Source: a bacterium (GTDB lineage Bacteria; UBA8248). From it: a stretch of 64,000 nucleotides of DNA. Below the pieces are notes generated by a model that searched no databases, had not been told where the DNA came from, and worked only from the letters and a program-made list of their open reading frames with translations. Made by a program: the position numbers and the translations under genes. Each line of letters begins with the position of its first letter. Position 1 is the first letter of the stretch. This document shows, piece by piece, positions 20,988-30,871 of the stretch. The stretch is taken from positions 3,072,001 to 3,136,000 of the forward strand of contig OZ242260.1 of NCBI GenBank assembly GCA_965207065.1. Direction: 5' to 3'.

Positions 20988-21731
20988 ATGGCTAGGCCGG
21001 AGCAAATACCCACTGACCTTACCATTGACCTAGGGGACGACTTGTCTCCCAGCGAATTTATTTCAGCAATTCGCAATTTCTTAGGTTATGTCGCCGAGAT
21101 TACCGATTCGCAAAAAGGCGATGGAGCTGACATTACATGGATTGTACGCGTTCACGAAGGCAGTGCATTGGTTGGAGTAGAACCGGATCCATCTGCGCCA
21201 AAATCTAGGCTGGCAATGATCTATAAGAAGGCAAAACATGGACCAATAGCACTAGCTAACGGCAACGTTGAGGATGCGGGTTTATCTGAAAAGGCGATAG
21301 ACCACTTGAAGAACCTATCTAACTTGGTTGGAAAGCATCAGAATGGCAAGGGTGTGAATCTTTGGGTTGAGAAGAAACCGATAAACATAAGCTCTGGAAT
21401 CGCGAAAGTTATCAGAGAGGATTGGAGAAGCGATTATTACGACTTTGGTACAGTTGAAGGCAGGTTGGAGGCCATTCTAGACGCGGCCGGGGGATTAAAG
21501 ATTAGAGTCAAAGACTTCCTCTATCCGCGAGCAATTAATTGTGTTGTACCAGAGAGTTTGATCAACAAAGTACTTGACAACTTCCGGCGTCGCGTCGAGA
21601 TCGAGGGGCGTATTCACTATCGTCGTAACGGCACTCCAATAAGTATTGCAGTCGAAGCGATCCAGAAATTACCGGAAGACGATGAATTGCCTACAGCGGA
21701 TGATGTTCGCGGGATAATGGCAGGCACATAA
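20988..21731 (+). CDS. Hypothetical protein, putative partner/antitoxin of the PIN protein
   Basis: 247-aa low-GC ORF with GAGAGGA RBS; its stop overlaps the PIN gene start (TAATG). Confidence 0.75.
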   Translation: MARPEQIPTDLTIDLGDDLSPSEFISAIRNFLGYVAEITDSQKGDGADITWIVRVHEGSALVGVEPDPSAPKSRLAMIYKKAKHGPIALANGNVEDAGLSEKAIDHLKNLSNLVGKHQNGKGVNLWVEKKPINISSGIAKVIREDWRSDYYDFGTVEGRLEAILDAAGGLKIRVKDFLYPRAINCVVPESLINKVLDNFRRRVEIEGRIHYRRNGTPISIAVEAIQKLPEDDELPTADDVRGIMAGT

Positions 21732-22210
21732 TGGTGGAAAAGATTTATTGGGACAGTGATTGCTTTCTTGGCCACTTTCAAAACGAAGAAGGGAAAGTCG
21801 AGAAATGCGACGGAGTATTGCAAAGGGCTGACAGAGGAGACGTGATTATTGTCACATCGACTCTTACGATTGCCGAAGTCTTGTGGATGCGTGGTGCTCC
21901 ACGGATCACGAAGGACAAGGCTGAGATAGTTCAAAAATTCTTCCGACGTAGCTACATACGTGTTTACAACGTTACGAGGAAAATCGCTGAGTCGGCACAA
22001 GACCTCGTTTGGGACCACTCCATCAAACCAAAAGATGCCATTCATGTGGCGACAGCTATTAATCTCACCGTAGATGTACTTGAAACCTTTGACGAGGACC
22101 TAATTGGAAAGAGCGGTACTGTTGGCACGCCGCTCCTTCTAATCAGAGAACCGCAACCATCAGAACAAGGTAGGCTTAATTTCCCAAGGCCGGGAGAAAC
22201 GCCAACTTGA
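21731..22210 (+). CDS. PIN-domain (VapC-like) ribonuclease
   Basis: IYWDSDCFL, TSTLTIAEV, KPKDAIHVATA and ETFDEDL acidic PIN motifs. Confidence 0.88.
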   Translation: MVEKIYWDSDCFLGHFQNEEGKVEKCDGVLQRADRGDVIIVTSTLTIAEVLWMRGAPRITKDKAEIVQKFFRRSYIRVYNVTRKIAESAQDLVWDHSIKPKDAIHVATAINLTVDVLETFDEDLIGKSGTVGTPLLLIREPQPSEQGRLNFPRPGETPT

Positions 22211-22369
22211 GCCAGGAAAAAGAAAATGACCGAAAAGAAGCTCAAGGGTCATCCAGTCAATAATTATATGCCTCCTCAGATACAGGACACCCCCGATAAC
22301 GTTGCCCGCTAGCTCAGAAATGATTCGCCGAAAAAGCAGTTGAGCTATCCTAATAATCCCGTTAGATAA

Positions 22370-22932
22370 GGCCGTTGAATAAGTCCTCCTCGGTCGGAAG
22401 AATTCCTTCTTCCCCAGACGGATTTCGCCACCGCCGTCATTCCGGCGAAAGCCGGAATCCAGGGACTTTGCTTTTGAATTTGTCTATTCGCTTTATCGTT
22501 TTTCATGGTCATCCTGCGATTCGATATCCTAGTCTGTTCTGGATTCCGGCTTTCGCCGGAATGACGAGCAAAATCGTATTCGCTCGTAGCCGGACGCGTC
22601 CCTTCGCATGTCCGGGGTTCGCGAACTGTGGGACAACCCCGAGGAGGGGTTGTCACTACAATCCCATCACGTCAAACGCTCGTTCATCAATCGCGTCAGG
22701 CCCTCTCTCTCCGGCAGTGTCGAACCTTCATTCAGGGCTTTTTCAACATCCCATCCTTGGTCGGCTCTGACACCGGAATGACGAACAAAGCCGCTAGGGG
22801 TGTAGGGACAGGCCCCCGTGCCTGTCCGATGTCCTGTTCTGCAAGGGACAACCACAGGGGATTGTCCCTACTGCCTCCCTCCTTGGTCGACTTCATATGC
22901 CGGATCGCGAAACCAGGACTTTTTCAACAACC
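22370..22932. repeat. Nested palindrome cluster (CGTC-type and GTAG-type REPs) between imperfect terminal inverted repeats
   Basis: Perfect 28-bp inverted repeat CGTCATTCCGGCGAAAGCCGGAATCCAG (22435-22462 / 22539-22566); GTAG hairpins at 22628, 22802 and 22844; ends GGCCGTTGAATAAGTCC / GGACTTTTTCAACAACC (14/17). Confidence 0.75.
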
Positions 22933-23010
22933 CCGGGTAAGACGGCTTGGATAAAATCGTATATAATTCCAAAATATTTGTTTGAATGAATTCATACAGG
23001 AGGCCAGGCC

Positions 23011-24327
23011 ATGAGCGGTAAACTTCGGGTCGTTCACTACTTGAACCAGTTCTTCGCAGGTCTAGGGGGCGAGGAGAAAAGCGACTATCCCGTATCCGCC
23101 CGGACAGGCCCGGTCGGCCCCGGCGTGTTGCTCGACAAGATCCTGGGTGAAGATGCCGAAGTCGTCGCCACGGTCTTTGCGGGGGATGGCCTTTTCGCCG
23201 AAAACGAGGAAACTTGCGCCGCAGAGGCCATCGCGCGGATCAAGGAGTATTCTCCCGATCTCGTTCTCGCAGGCCCCGCCTTTAACGCCGGGCGCTTCGG
23301 GCTGGCCTGCGCCGCCGTCTGCCGCGCAGCGCAGGAAGCGGGGGTTTCAGCAATTACCGCCATGCACCCCGAGAATCCGGGCTTTCCCGCTGCGGGCGCG
23401 AGCGTTCACACCGTCCCCGCCGCAGATTCCGCCGTCGGGATGGAGGAAGCCCTGGAAGCCGCCGCCCGCCTGGGACTCAAACTCGCCCGGGGCGAGGAGA
23501 TCGGCAATGCGGCCGAGGAGGGCTACCTGCCGCGCGGGGTCCGCTACAACGAAGTCGCCGAGCTACCGACATCACGCCGCGCCGTCGACATGGTGTTACG
23601 GAAAATCAAGGGCGAGCCCTACGAGACGGAACTCGACGTTCCTGTCCTTGAAGAGATAGCGCCGCCCGAGGCGATCGCCGATCTCAAAAAAGCGCGCATC
23701 GCCATCGTATCCGAAGGCGGCATGGTGCCCCCCGGCAACCCGGACCGCTTCGCCGGTTCGAGAAACGAGAACTGGGCCACGTATTCCTTCGAAGGGAAAG
23801 ACGCGCTGCCGGGCGGGACGTTCATCTCGATTCACGGGGGCTTCAACACCGTGTTCGTGAACGAGGAGCCGGACCGCATGCTCGCCGTGGACGCCTTCCG
23901 GCGGCTTGCGGAGGAGGGCGAGATCGCCGAACTCCACGATGATTTCCACAGCACCTGCGGGAACGGCGGCGCCTTCAAGGAGATGGACGGCATCGGCCGC
24001 GCCTGGGCCGCGGAGCTCAAAAAGACAGGCGTGGAGGGCGTCGTCCTCCCCGCCACGTGAGGGACCGGCACGCGCAGCGGGGCTGCGCTGGCGAGAGCGC
24101 TCGAGCGGGAGGGCATCCCCACCGTCATCGTCACCTGCCTGCCCGACGTGGCGCGCGACATCGGGGTCAACCGCATCGTCAACAACCGCGCCGGGCATTT
24201 CCACCACCCATTCGGCGACCCCTCCCGGACGCCTGAGGCCGAGCGCGAATGGCGCCTGGGCGCCGCCCGCGCCGCCGCCGCCGCGCTCACCGAAAAAGTG
24301 GACGGCCCCACGGTGTTCGAGTACTAG
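23011..24327 (+). CDS. grdB: Glycine/betaine/sarcosine reductase selenoprotein B (Sec encoded by TGA 24058-24060, codon 350)
   Basis: VVHYLNQFFAGLGGEE, AGPAFNAGRFG, AMHPENPG and HGGF motifs; read-through gives PAT-U-GTGTRSGAALARALEREGIPTV...GVNRIV...HPFGDP...TVFEY*. Confidence 0.9.
24072..24088 (+). promoter_or_regulatory. Candidate SECIS hairpin of grdB
   Basis: GCGCAGC-GGG-GCTGCGC, starting 11 nt after the TGA; G-rich loop. Confidence 0.6.
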
Positions 24328-25166
24328 AAGGGGAAACGTCACGCCTCTCCGCCCGTTTCGCCTGGGGCGGGGCATGGCGCGCCTCGCGCCGCGCGTAAAT
24401 GAGAAAATCCCTCGCGCGCGCATTTCCCCGCATTTGGCGTACTCCCTGAAACCACGGGTTCCGGTATCTTGCGCGCTGCGCGGGAGAGCAGATTCCTGCT
24501 TCCCGGGCGGTCGATTTCATTTACCCCGGTCGGAATCGGGACACGGGAGCGGAGGCTTTCTCAAGGAATCAGGCGAAGGGGCGAGAGCGAAAACGGGGAA
24601 CCTATCCGCAGGCCGTCAATTCCTTCCTCATGGGCCGGAATCGACGCTCGCTTCTCACTCGCGTCAGTCGCTCCCGCATGGGCCGGAATCGACCGCAGTT
24701 CATCGCCGGGGTTCGGCCGCCGCGAGGAGTGGAACGGCGCTCATGGATACAAGGACGGCGGGTGAAATGAAAATAATCATATTTCCCGTAAATATAGATA
24801 AATTCACGGGGTTTTTCGATAAATACCCGGAAACGAACGAGCAGGGTACAAGGGAAAAAATCGATATGATTTCAGATGGTTATGGAGATATCATAAAGAG
24901 GATAATGAATATTCTATCGAGATTTGCCAAACAAAAAAAAGCTATTCGCCTCCCCCGCATCTGCCCGCAACCGCCCGCATTTCCTCTCGCACCGGATCAC
25001 ATCAGCAAGCTCTCCCTCCCCGGTCGGGTTTGACCCCCGCATTTTCCGCAACTGTCCGCATTTCCCCTCCCGAAGCGCCGCCGCTCCCCCTGCGCCCTGT
25101 GGCCTCAGAGGAAGCGGGTGGTGTATAACGTGGCCGGTATTTGAGCGACATCCTCTGGAGGCGGTG

Positions 25167-26228
25167 ATGGCGAAGCGCGTTGTGGTGGCGATGAGCGGCG
25201 GGGTGGACTCTTCGGTGGCCGCGGCCCTCATGGTGGAGGCCGGCCATGAGACCATCGGCGTGGGGCTTCGCCTCGCCGACAGGCCCGCGCAGGAATCGTT
25301 CCACAGAGGCTGCTGCGCGCCGCGCGACCTGGCCGACGCGCGCGCCGTGGCGGCCCAGCTCGACATTCCCTTCTACGTGATGGACGTGCGCGAATCCTTC
25401 AAAGAGAGCGTGATCGAGGACTTCATCTCCGAGTACGAAAACGGCAGAACGCCCGTGCCCTGCGTCAAGTGCAACCAGGTGGTGAAGTTCGACTATCTGG
25501 CCGAGCGCGCCATGGCGTTCGGCGCGGAACTGCTCGTCACGGGCCATTACGCCAGAAGGGTGGAAGTCGATGGTTGCCAGAGCGTCGCCAGGAGCCTGGA
25601 CAGGGAGAAGGACCAGACCTATTTCCTATTCGGGATGACGCAGGAGCAACTCGCCCGCACCGCCTTTCCCCTGGGGGAGTTCACGAAGGAGCAAACGAGG
25701 GAATACGCCAGAAAACTGGGCCTCCCCACCGCGGAGAAGCCTGAGAGCCAGGAGATTTGCTTCGTCCCCAAGGATGATTACCGCGCTTTCCTCAAGGCCG
25801 AAAAACCCGGCATCGACAGGCCGGGAGACATCGTGGACCTGGCGGGAAACGTGCTCGGCAGGCACGGAGGTGTGACCAACTTCACCGTGGGGCAAAGACG
25901 GGGCCTGGATTTGGGTGGCGGACCGTCGCGCTATGTGGTGGAACTCGAATCGGATTCGGCTACTATCGTGGTGGGCGAACGCGAGGCCCTCGCGCGTGAG
26001 GTTTTCTTCGCGAGGGACGTGCATTGGTCGATTCCCCCGGCATCCGCAAGCTTGCAGGTGCAGGTGAGACACCGGGGCCGCGCGGCCGCCTGCGCCGTGA
26101 CCCCCAAGGGGGATGGAGCCGTCGAAATCAGGCCCCATGACCCCGCATATCTGGGCGCCGTGGCGCCGGGGCAGGCGGCCGTTTTCTACTCCGGCGACGT
26201 GCTCTGCGGCGGCGGCTGGGTGGCCTAG
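25167..26228 (+). CDS. mnmA: tRNA-specific 2-thiouridylase
   Basis: AMSGGVDSS, GRTPVPCVKCN, TGHYAR, KDQTYFL, ESQEICF and APGQAAVFY motifs. Confidence 0.96.
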   Translation: MAKRVVVAMSGGVDSSVAAALMVEAGHETIGVGLRLADRPAQESFHRGCCAPRDLADARAVAAQLDIPFYVMDVRESFKESVIEDFISEYENGRTPVPCVKCNQVVKFDYLAERAMAFGAELLVTGHYARRVEVDGCQSVARSLDREKDQTYFLFGMTQEQLARTAFPLGEFTKEQTREYARKLGLPTAEKPESQEICFVPKDDYRAFLKAEKPGIDRPGDIVDLAGNVLGRHGGVTNFTVGQRRGLDLGGGPSRYVVELESDSATIVVGEREALAREVFFARDVHWSIPPASASLQVQVRHRGRAAACAVTPKGDGAVEIRPHDPAYLGAVAPGQAAVFYSGDVLCGGGWVA

Positions 26229-26852
26229 ATGAAACGAACCCTACTCGCTGCGATGGTGTTGATATTCGCTGTCACCGCCTCAGCCCAGGAGCAGGACAAG
26301 AACCCGGAGGGGCCGTACCTTCCGCTGCTTGGCTCTCATCAGGGTGAACTGCTGGTCGCGCGCCCGGGCATGCCGGATGTCCGGTTTCGCCAGAGCGTCA
26401 TTCTGTTGGTGGATCACAGCGAAAAGGGTGCATTCGGGTTGATAGTAAACCGTGTGGCGCAGAGAATACCGCTCTCCGCTCTCTTCAGAAGTTTCGGCAT
26501 AAGAGCGCCCCGAGAGATGAGCCAGGTGAATATCCACTACGGTGGCCCCGTGTCACCCGATACCGGCTTCGTGCTCCATACAAATGAACATAAACTCAAT
26601 GTGATACATGACTTGGGAAAGAATATAGCGGTAAGCCCGGTGGATGAGGTGCTCCGGGCCATGGCCCGAGGCAAGCGGCCCAAGAAAATCGTAATCGTGG
26701 TCGGCTACGCCGGTTGGGGGGCCGGACAACTGGAAAGCGAGATGAGGCGGGGTGACTGGTATACGGCGCCTGCGGAGCCAGATATTTTGTTCGGTGATGA
26801 TCAGGAGAGCAAATGGAGCCGGGCCATGAAGCGGCGATTCCGGTTGATGTAG
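26229..26852 (+). CDS. YqgE/AlgH (DUF179) protein with N-terminal signal peptide
   Basis: LLVARPGMPD.RF, GAFGLIVNR, YGGPV and GYAGWGAGQLESE motifs. Confidence 0.88.
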   Translation: MKRTLLAAMVLIFAVTASAQEQDKNPEGPYLPLLGSHQGELLVARPGMPDVRFRQSVILLVDHSEKGAFGLIVNRVAQRIPLSALFRSFGIRAPREMSQVNIHYGGPVSPDTGFVLHTNEHKLNVIHDLGKNIAVSPVDEVLRAMARGKRPKKIVIVVGYAGWGAGQLESEMRRGDWYTAPAEPDILFGDDQESKWSRAMKRRFRLM

Positions 26853-26931
26853 GTTCTAAGAGGGCGGCAATTCTCAGGTGAGTTCTATGGCAGTTCAGTC
26901 GACGCAAGCTATTATACGCACGACGCACCTG

Positions 26932-27276
26932 CTAGCCCGGCGGCCATTGCATCTGGCGTCCGCCCAAGAGGTGAAAGTGGATGTGAAAGACCGTCTGGCC
27001 CCCGTTTTCTCCGCAATTCGCGACGATTCGAAAACCCTCCTGCGCGATTCCCTGCTTACGGGCAATTTCATTCGCCGCAACGAATATCGAGCCAATCAGT
27101 TCCTTGTCCGCATCCTGTATTTCATGGAGCGTCTCCATGTGTTTTTTCGGGATGATCAGAATATGCGTGGGGGCCGCAGGGTTGACGTCTTCGAATGCAA
27201 ACAATGCGTCACTTTCATACACTTTTTTGCAGGGGATCTCGCCTGCTACGATTTTGCAAAAGACGCAAGATTGCAT
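26932..27276 (-). CDS. hinT: Histidine triad nucleotide-binding protein
   Basis: CVFCKIVAGEIP and GQTVFHIHFHLLGGR motifs. Confidence 0.93.
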   Translation of the reverse strand: MQSCVFCKIVAGEIPCKKVYESDALFAFEDVNPAAPTHILIIPKKHMETLHEIQDADKELIGSIFVAANEIARKQGIAQEGFRIVANCGENGGQTVFHIHFHLLGGRQMQWPPG

Positions 27277-27509
27277 GTTTTGGCTCCAATATGATGAAAG
27301 CGTACAAGAGATGGAGAATTGTATCTTCAAGCAATACCTTATGACAAACTCATCCTTGCCCCAAAGGCTTTGAGTGGTTTATCCACTCTTGCGCTGAGGC
27401 AGAATACAGTAAGTTCTGGTATCATTGCTTGCAGTGTAAAAATGCCTGGTAAGTGGTGAGCTAAAGTCTCAAAATTACAAACTGGCTTCTAGTGGAAGGA
27501 GAAGTTCGA

Positions 27510-28901
27510 ATGAATATCAGCCGAATGCTTGTCGAGCACGTTCACGCCATTACTTATGATTCTCTGCCCGATGAAGCCAGAGATCGCGCAAAATATTTTT
27601 TGCTTGATCACATTGGCGTTACATTGCGAGCGGTGGAAGCGGCCAGTTCCCGGGTATTTCACAATTACGCCCAAAAGCGCGCTCCCAAGGGTGGGCCATG
27701 CACAATTATAGGCTCGGCATTGAAAACGGATGCCCCTCATGCCGCGTTGGTGAACGGGGGCGTGAGCCACGCTACAGAAATGGATGATGTGACTACACGC
27801 TCGAGTCTGCATCCTGCAGTCAGCGTCATGCCGAGCACGTTAGCCGTAGCCGAGGCACATCAACCTGATCCGAAGCAAGTAATTGCAGCTATTGTGGCGG
27901 GTTATGAAGTGACAAATCGCATCGGTAATGCAGTGAATCCAACGAGCCACTATGAGCGTGGATTCCATCCCACGGGCACATGCGGCACTTTTGCCTCCGC
28001 GATTACGGCATCGAAGCTTTTGAGGCTTTCGGTCGAGGCCACTTCCCATGCCATGGGCATCGCGGGCAGTCAAGCGGCCGGTTCGATGCAATATCTCGAT
28101 AACGGAGCTTGGACGAAGAGGTTTCACCCGGGATGGGCTGCACATAGCGGTATCATCGCCGCCTATTTGGCCCAGGAGGGTTATTCGGGACCGGAAGATA
28201 TCCTGGGCGGGAAAACAGGATTTTTGCATGGTCATAGTGATGACTATACGCCTGAGTATGTGGTGGAGCATTTTGGTGAATATTGGGAAATCAGCGAGAG
28301 CGCGATAAAACCCTACGCATGTTGTCGTTACAACCACGCTTCGATTGACGCCACCATCGAAGTTTGCAAAACGCATGATATTCAGCCAGAGGAAATAAGA
28401 CGAGTGAAAGTTCGGGTTCCAGAGACGAGCGTGATGGTTGTCATCGAACCCTATGATATGAAAACGAACCCGCAAAATATCGTTGACGCGCAGTTCAGCC
28501 TGCAATATGCCGTAGCTGTAGCAATTCTCAGACGCGCCGCGGGATTGGATGAGTATGCCGACGATTTCCTCCGCTCTCAGGTTTACTCTTCCATCATTAA
28601 GAAAATTGAATGCTACGGTGATGCCGAGATGGAAAAGGAATTTCCGGATAAATGGCAAGCGCATGTCGAAATCGATACCGATCGCGGCGTTTTCGAAGCG
28701 CATCAGGATTATCCCAAGGGGGATTCACGAAATCCGTTGACATGGGATGAGTTAATCGAACGATTCTATGTGATGACTGCCCCAGTACTCGAGAAGGAAA
28801 CGGGTGATTTGCTCATTGAGCGGGTGAGGAATTTAGAAAGTCTGAGCAGCATGTCCGAAGTAATGGAACTTGCGTCCAAGGTGCAGGGAGTTCCAGTCTG
28901 A
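27510..28901 (+). CDS. MmgE/PrpD-family protein (second paralogue)
   Basis: NGGVSHATEMDD, LHP, GFHPTG, WTKRFHPG and KPYACC motifs. Confidence 0.92.
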   Translation: MNISRMLVEHVHAITYDSLPDEARDRAKYFLLDHIGVTLRAVEAASSRVFHNYAQKRAPKGGPCTIIGSALKTDAPHAALVNGGVSHATEMDDVTTRSSLHPAVSVMPSTLAVAEAHQPDPKQVIAAIVAGYEVTNRIGNAVNPTSHYERGFHPTGTCGTFASAITASKLLRLSVEATSHAMGIAGSQAAGSMQYLDNGAWTKRFHPGWAAHSGIIAAYLAQEGYSGPEDILGGKTGFLHGHSDDYTPEYVVEHFGEYWEISESAIKPYACCRYNHASIDATIEVCKTHDIQPEEIRRVKVRVPETSVMVVIEPYDMKTNPQNIVDAQFSLQYAVAVAILRRAAGLDEYADDFLRSQVYSSIIKKIECYGDAEMEKEFPDKWQAHVEIDTDRGVFEAHQDYPKGDSRNPLTWDELIERFYVMTAPVLEKETGDLLIERVRNLESLSSMSEVMELASKVQGVPV

Positions 28902-28948
28902 TGATTCATTCGCGGGAAACGGGACCATTTTAAATGGAGCACTTAGTT

Positions 28949-29674
28949 TCAAAGACTCGTTGGTACCGTTTTTCCATTGTTGAATCGCTGAAAGATTGAA
29001 ATTCCCAAAGCCAAACGCATTGCAAGACGCCTGAGGAGGTGGGTCGCCATCCCCTCGTGGTAACGTTCGGGGTCTTCAGAACCCAATATTAAAAAACCTA
29101 TTTTTTTTTCATGAATTTCTAAACTGACAATAGCAGTCGATTGGATACTTCTGCTTATAGTATCCGGAAATAGGGGGCCACCACCGCCTTCTAGTTTGCC
29201 TTTAAGCACAACTCCCCCATCCATAGGGACGATTTCTTCTTCTATTTTGCCAAGTGGGCGGATTCGGAATGATTCGTCAGATTTTGCCGCAATCACTGGA
29301 ATGCCGTCGATGGGCTCTAAAAGCAAAAAACCTGCGTATTCAATTCCGAAGCGCGATTCGATTTGTTTTGCAATTCCTGTAAGGCTCACCAATGAGGGTT
29401 CTTGTTCGAATAGAAGTTGTTCAATGGCGATAAAGTCTTTTTCGATCTGCTCATTTTGACGAACGATGTCTATGGTTTCATCGAGAAGTCGTATCAAATC
29501 CTCTCTTTCACCTTTTAGGCGGTCGAAAAGTTTATCTCGCAAGTTCAGGACTTTTGCCGAAGTGCTGACTTGTGTCAGCAGGCCACTTTGGCGAAGTGAC
29601 TCCGGATGTTCGATGAAAAAACCAGGATTTTCTTCCAAATAACTTACAACATCATCCGCCGAAATCGGCGCCAT
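28949..29674 (-). CDS. DUF484 (YigA-like) GAF-domain protein
   Basis: VVSYLEENPGFFIEHP and LILGSEDPERYHEGMATHLL motifs. Confidence 0.8.
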   Translation of the reverse strand: MAPISADDVVSYLEENPGFFIEHPESLRQSGLLTQVSTSAKVLNLRDKLFDRLKGEREDLIRLLDETIDIVRQNEQIEKDFIAIEQLLFEQEPSLVSLTGIAKQIESRFGIEYAGFLLLEPIDGIPVIAAKSDESFRIRPLGKIEEEIVPMDGGVVLKGKLEGGGGPLFPDTISRSIQSTAIVSLEIHEKKIGFLILGSEDPERYHEGMATHLLRRLAMRLALGISIFQRFNNGKTVPTSL

Positions 29675-29843
29675 TTCGATTCTCCTTGCACGGCATATGG
29701 ATAAAAAAAAGGGCGGATTGATGACAAAAGCTTGAAATTTCCATCAAGCTTATCACTCCCGTTGGGGATTGACAAAAACCTCAGAGCGAATCAAAAACAT
29801 CTAAACGATTTATAGTGTCTTCTGTCCAGATAGTGAGGAAATT

Positions 29844-30767
29844 ATGAAAACTTTAGAACCAGGAAGCGTTACTATTGGTTTTGTCGGAATCGGGAAGATG
29901 GGAACGCCCATGTCGAAAAATCTGAGGCGTGGTGACTACGCGGTCGTGGCCTTTGACACAAGGCCGGAAAATGTCGAGGCCTTGAGGAACGATGGTGTGC
30001 AAGGGGCTGAGAGCTTGGCCGATCTGGCAAGGCGCGCCGATGTTGTCATCACGATGTTACCCGATAGCGATATCGTGGATGCCGTAGTCGATGGACCGGA
30101 TGGAATTTCTGCGCATCTGGAAAAGGGGAAATTGATAATTGATATGAGTTCCTCCTATCCCACGAGAACCAGTACGCTTGCATCCCGCGTAGAAGAAAAA
30201 GGCTTGCACCTGATTGGTGCGCCGGTCTCGGGCGGTGTCGTTGGAGCGGAAGCCGCCACTCTGGCGATCATGCCGGGCGGCCCCAAAGAGATTGTGAATG
30301 CGGCGATGCCTATTTTCGAGACAATGGGCAAAACCATTGTACATATTGATGAAACACCAGAATCCGGACACGCAATGAAATGTGTTAACAATTTCCTCTC
30401 AGCCACGAGCCTGCTCGCATCTATGGAGGCCATGGTCTTGGCATCGAAGTTAGGCTTGGACCCTGAAAAAGCGCTTCAAGTCTTCAACGGTGGTTCAGGC
30501 ATGAACAGCGCCACGAAAGATAAATGGCCCCGCTTTCTCCTACCGAGAGACTTTACCTGTGGTTTTTCCACGGGATTGATGCACAAGGACCTCTCGATGG
30601 GGAGTGATTTGGCGCGCGAAAACGGCGTGTCGGCATTTTATTTGAATCATGCCCGGCAGATTTACGGTCTTGGTCTGCAAAAATATGGGCCGGATTCGGA
30701 CCAGACGGAATTGCTGCAAATGTTTGAAGAATGGTCGAAACAGCAGGTGGGCGAACCACCAGCGTAG
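29844..30767 (+). CDS. 3-hydroxyisobutyrate/6-phosphogluconate dehydrogenase-family oxidoreductase
   Basis: GFVGIGKMGTPM, IDMSS, APVSGG and MKCVNN motifs. Confidence 0.9.
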   Translation: MKTLEPGSVTIGFVGIGKMGTPMSKNLRRGDYAVVAFDTRPENVEALRNDGVQGAESLADLARRADVVITMLPDSDIVDAVVDGPDGISAHLEKGKLIIDMSSSYPTRTSTLASRVEEKGLHLIGAPVSGGVVGAEAATLAIMPGGPKEIVNAAMPIFETMGKTIVHIDETPESGHAMKCVNNFLSATSLLASMEAMVLASKLGLDPEKALQVFNGGSGMNSATKDKWPRFLLPRDFTCGFSTGLMHKDLSMGSDLARENGVSAFYLNHARQIYGLGLQKYGPDSDQTELLQMFEEWSKQQVGEPPA

Positions 30768-30871
30768 TTTGTTGCTGCTATCAAAACGGATGCGGACTCA
30801 TGATGAGGTGTTTCTCCTCATAAGGTTTTCAGTGTAAGCTAATGACATGAATAGCTTTAAGTGTTCACGTA

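Noticed and set aside
20479-22359. GGATTATT / AATAATCC as terminal inverted repeats of the IS1595 relic
   Set aside because: Only 8 bp, one copy lies inside the grdE-like coding end, and no target duplication was seen
23906-25033. 375-aa plus-strand ORF overlapping the grdB end
   Set aside because: Different frame from grdB, low-complexity Arg/Pro/Ser translation; the true C-terminus comes from UGA read-through
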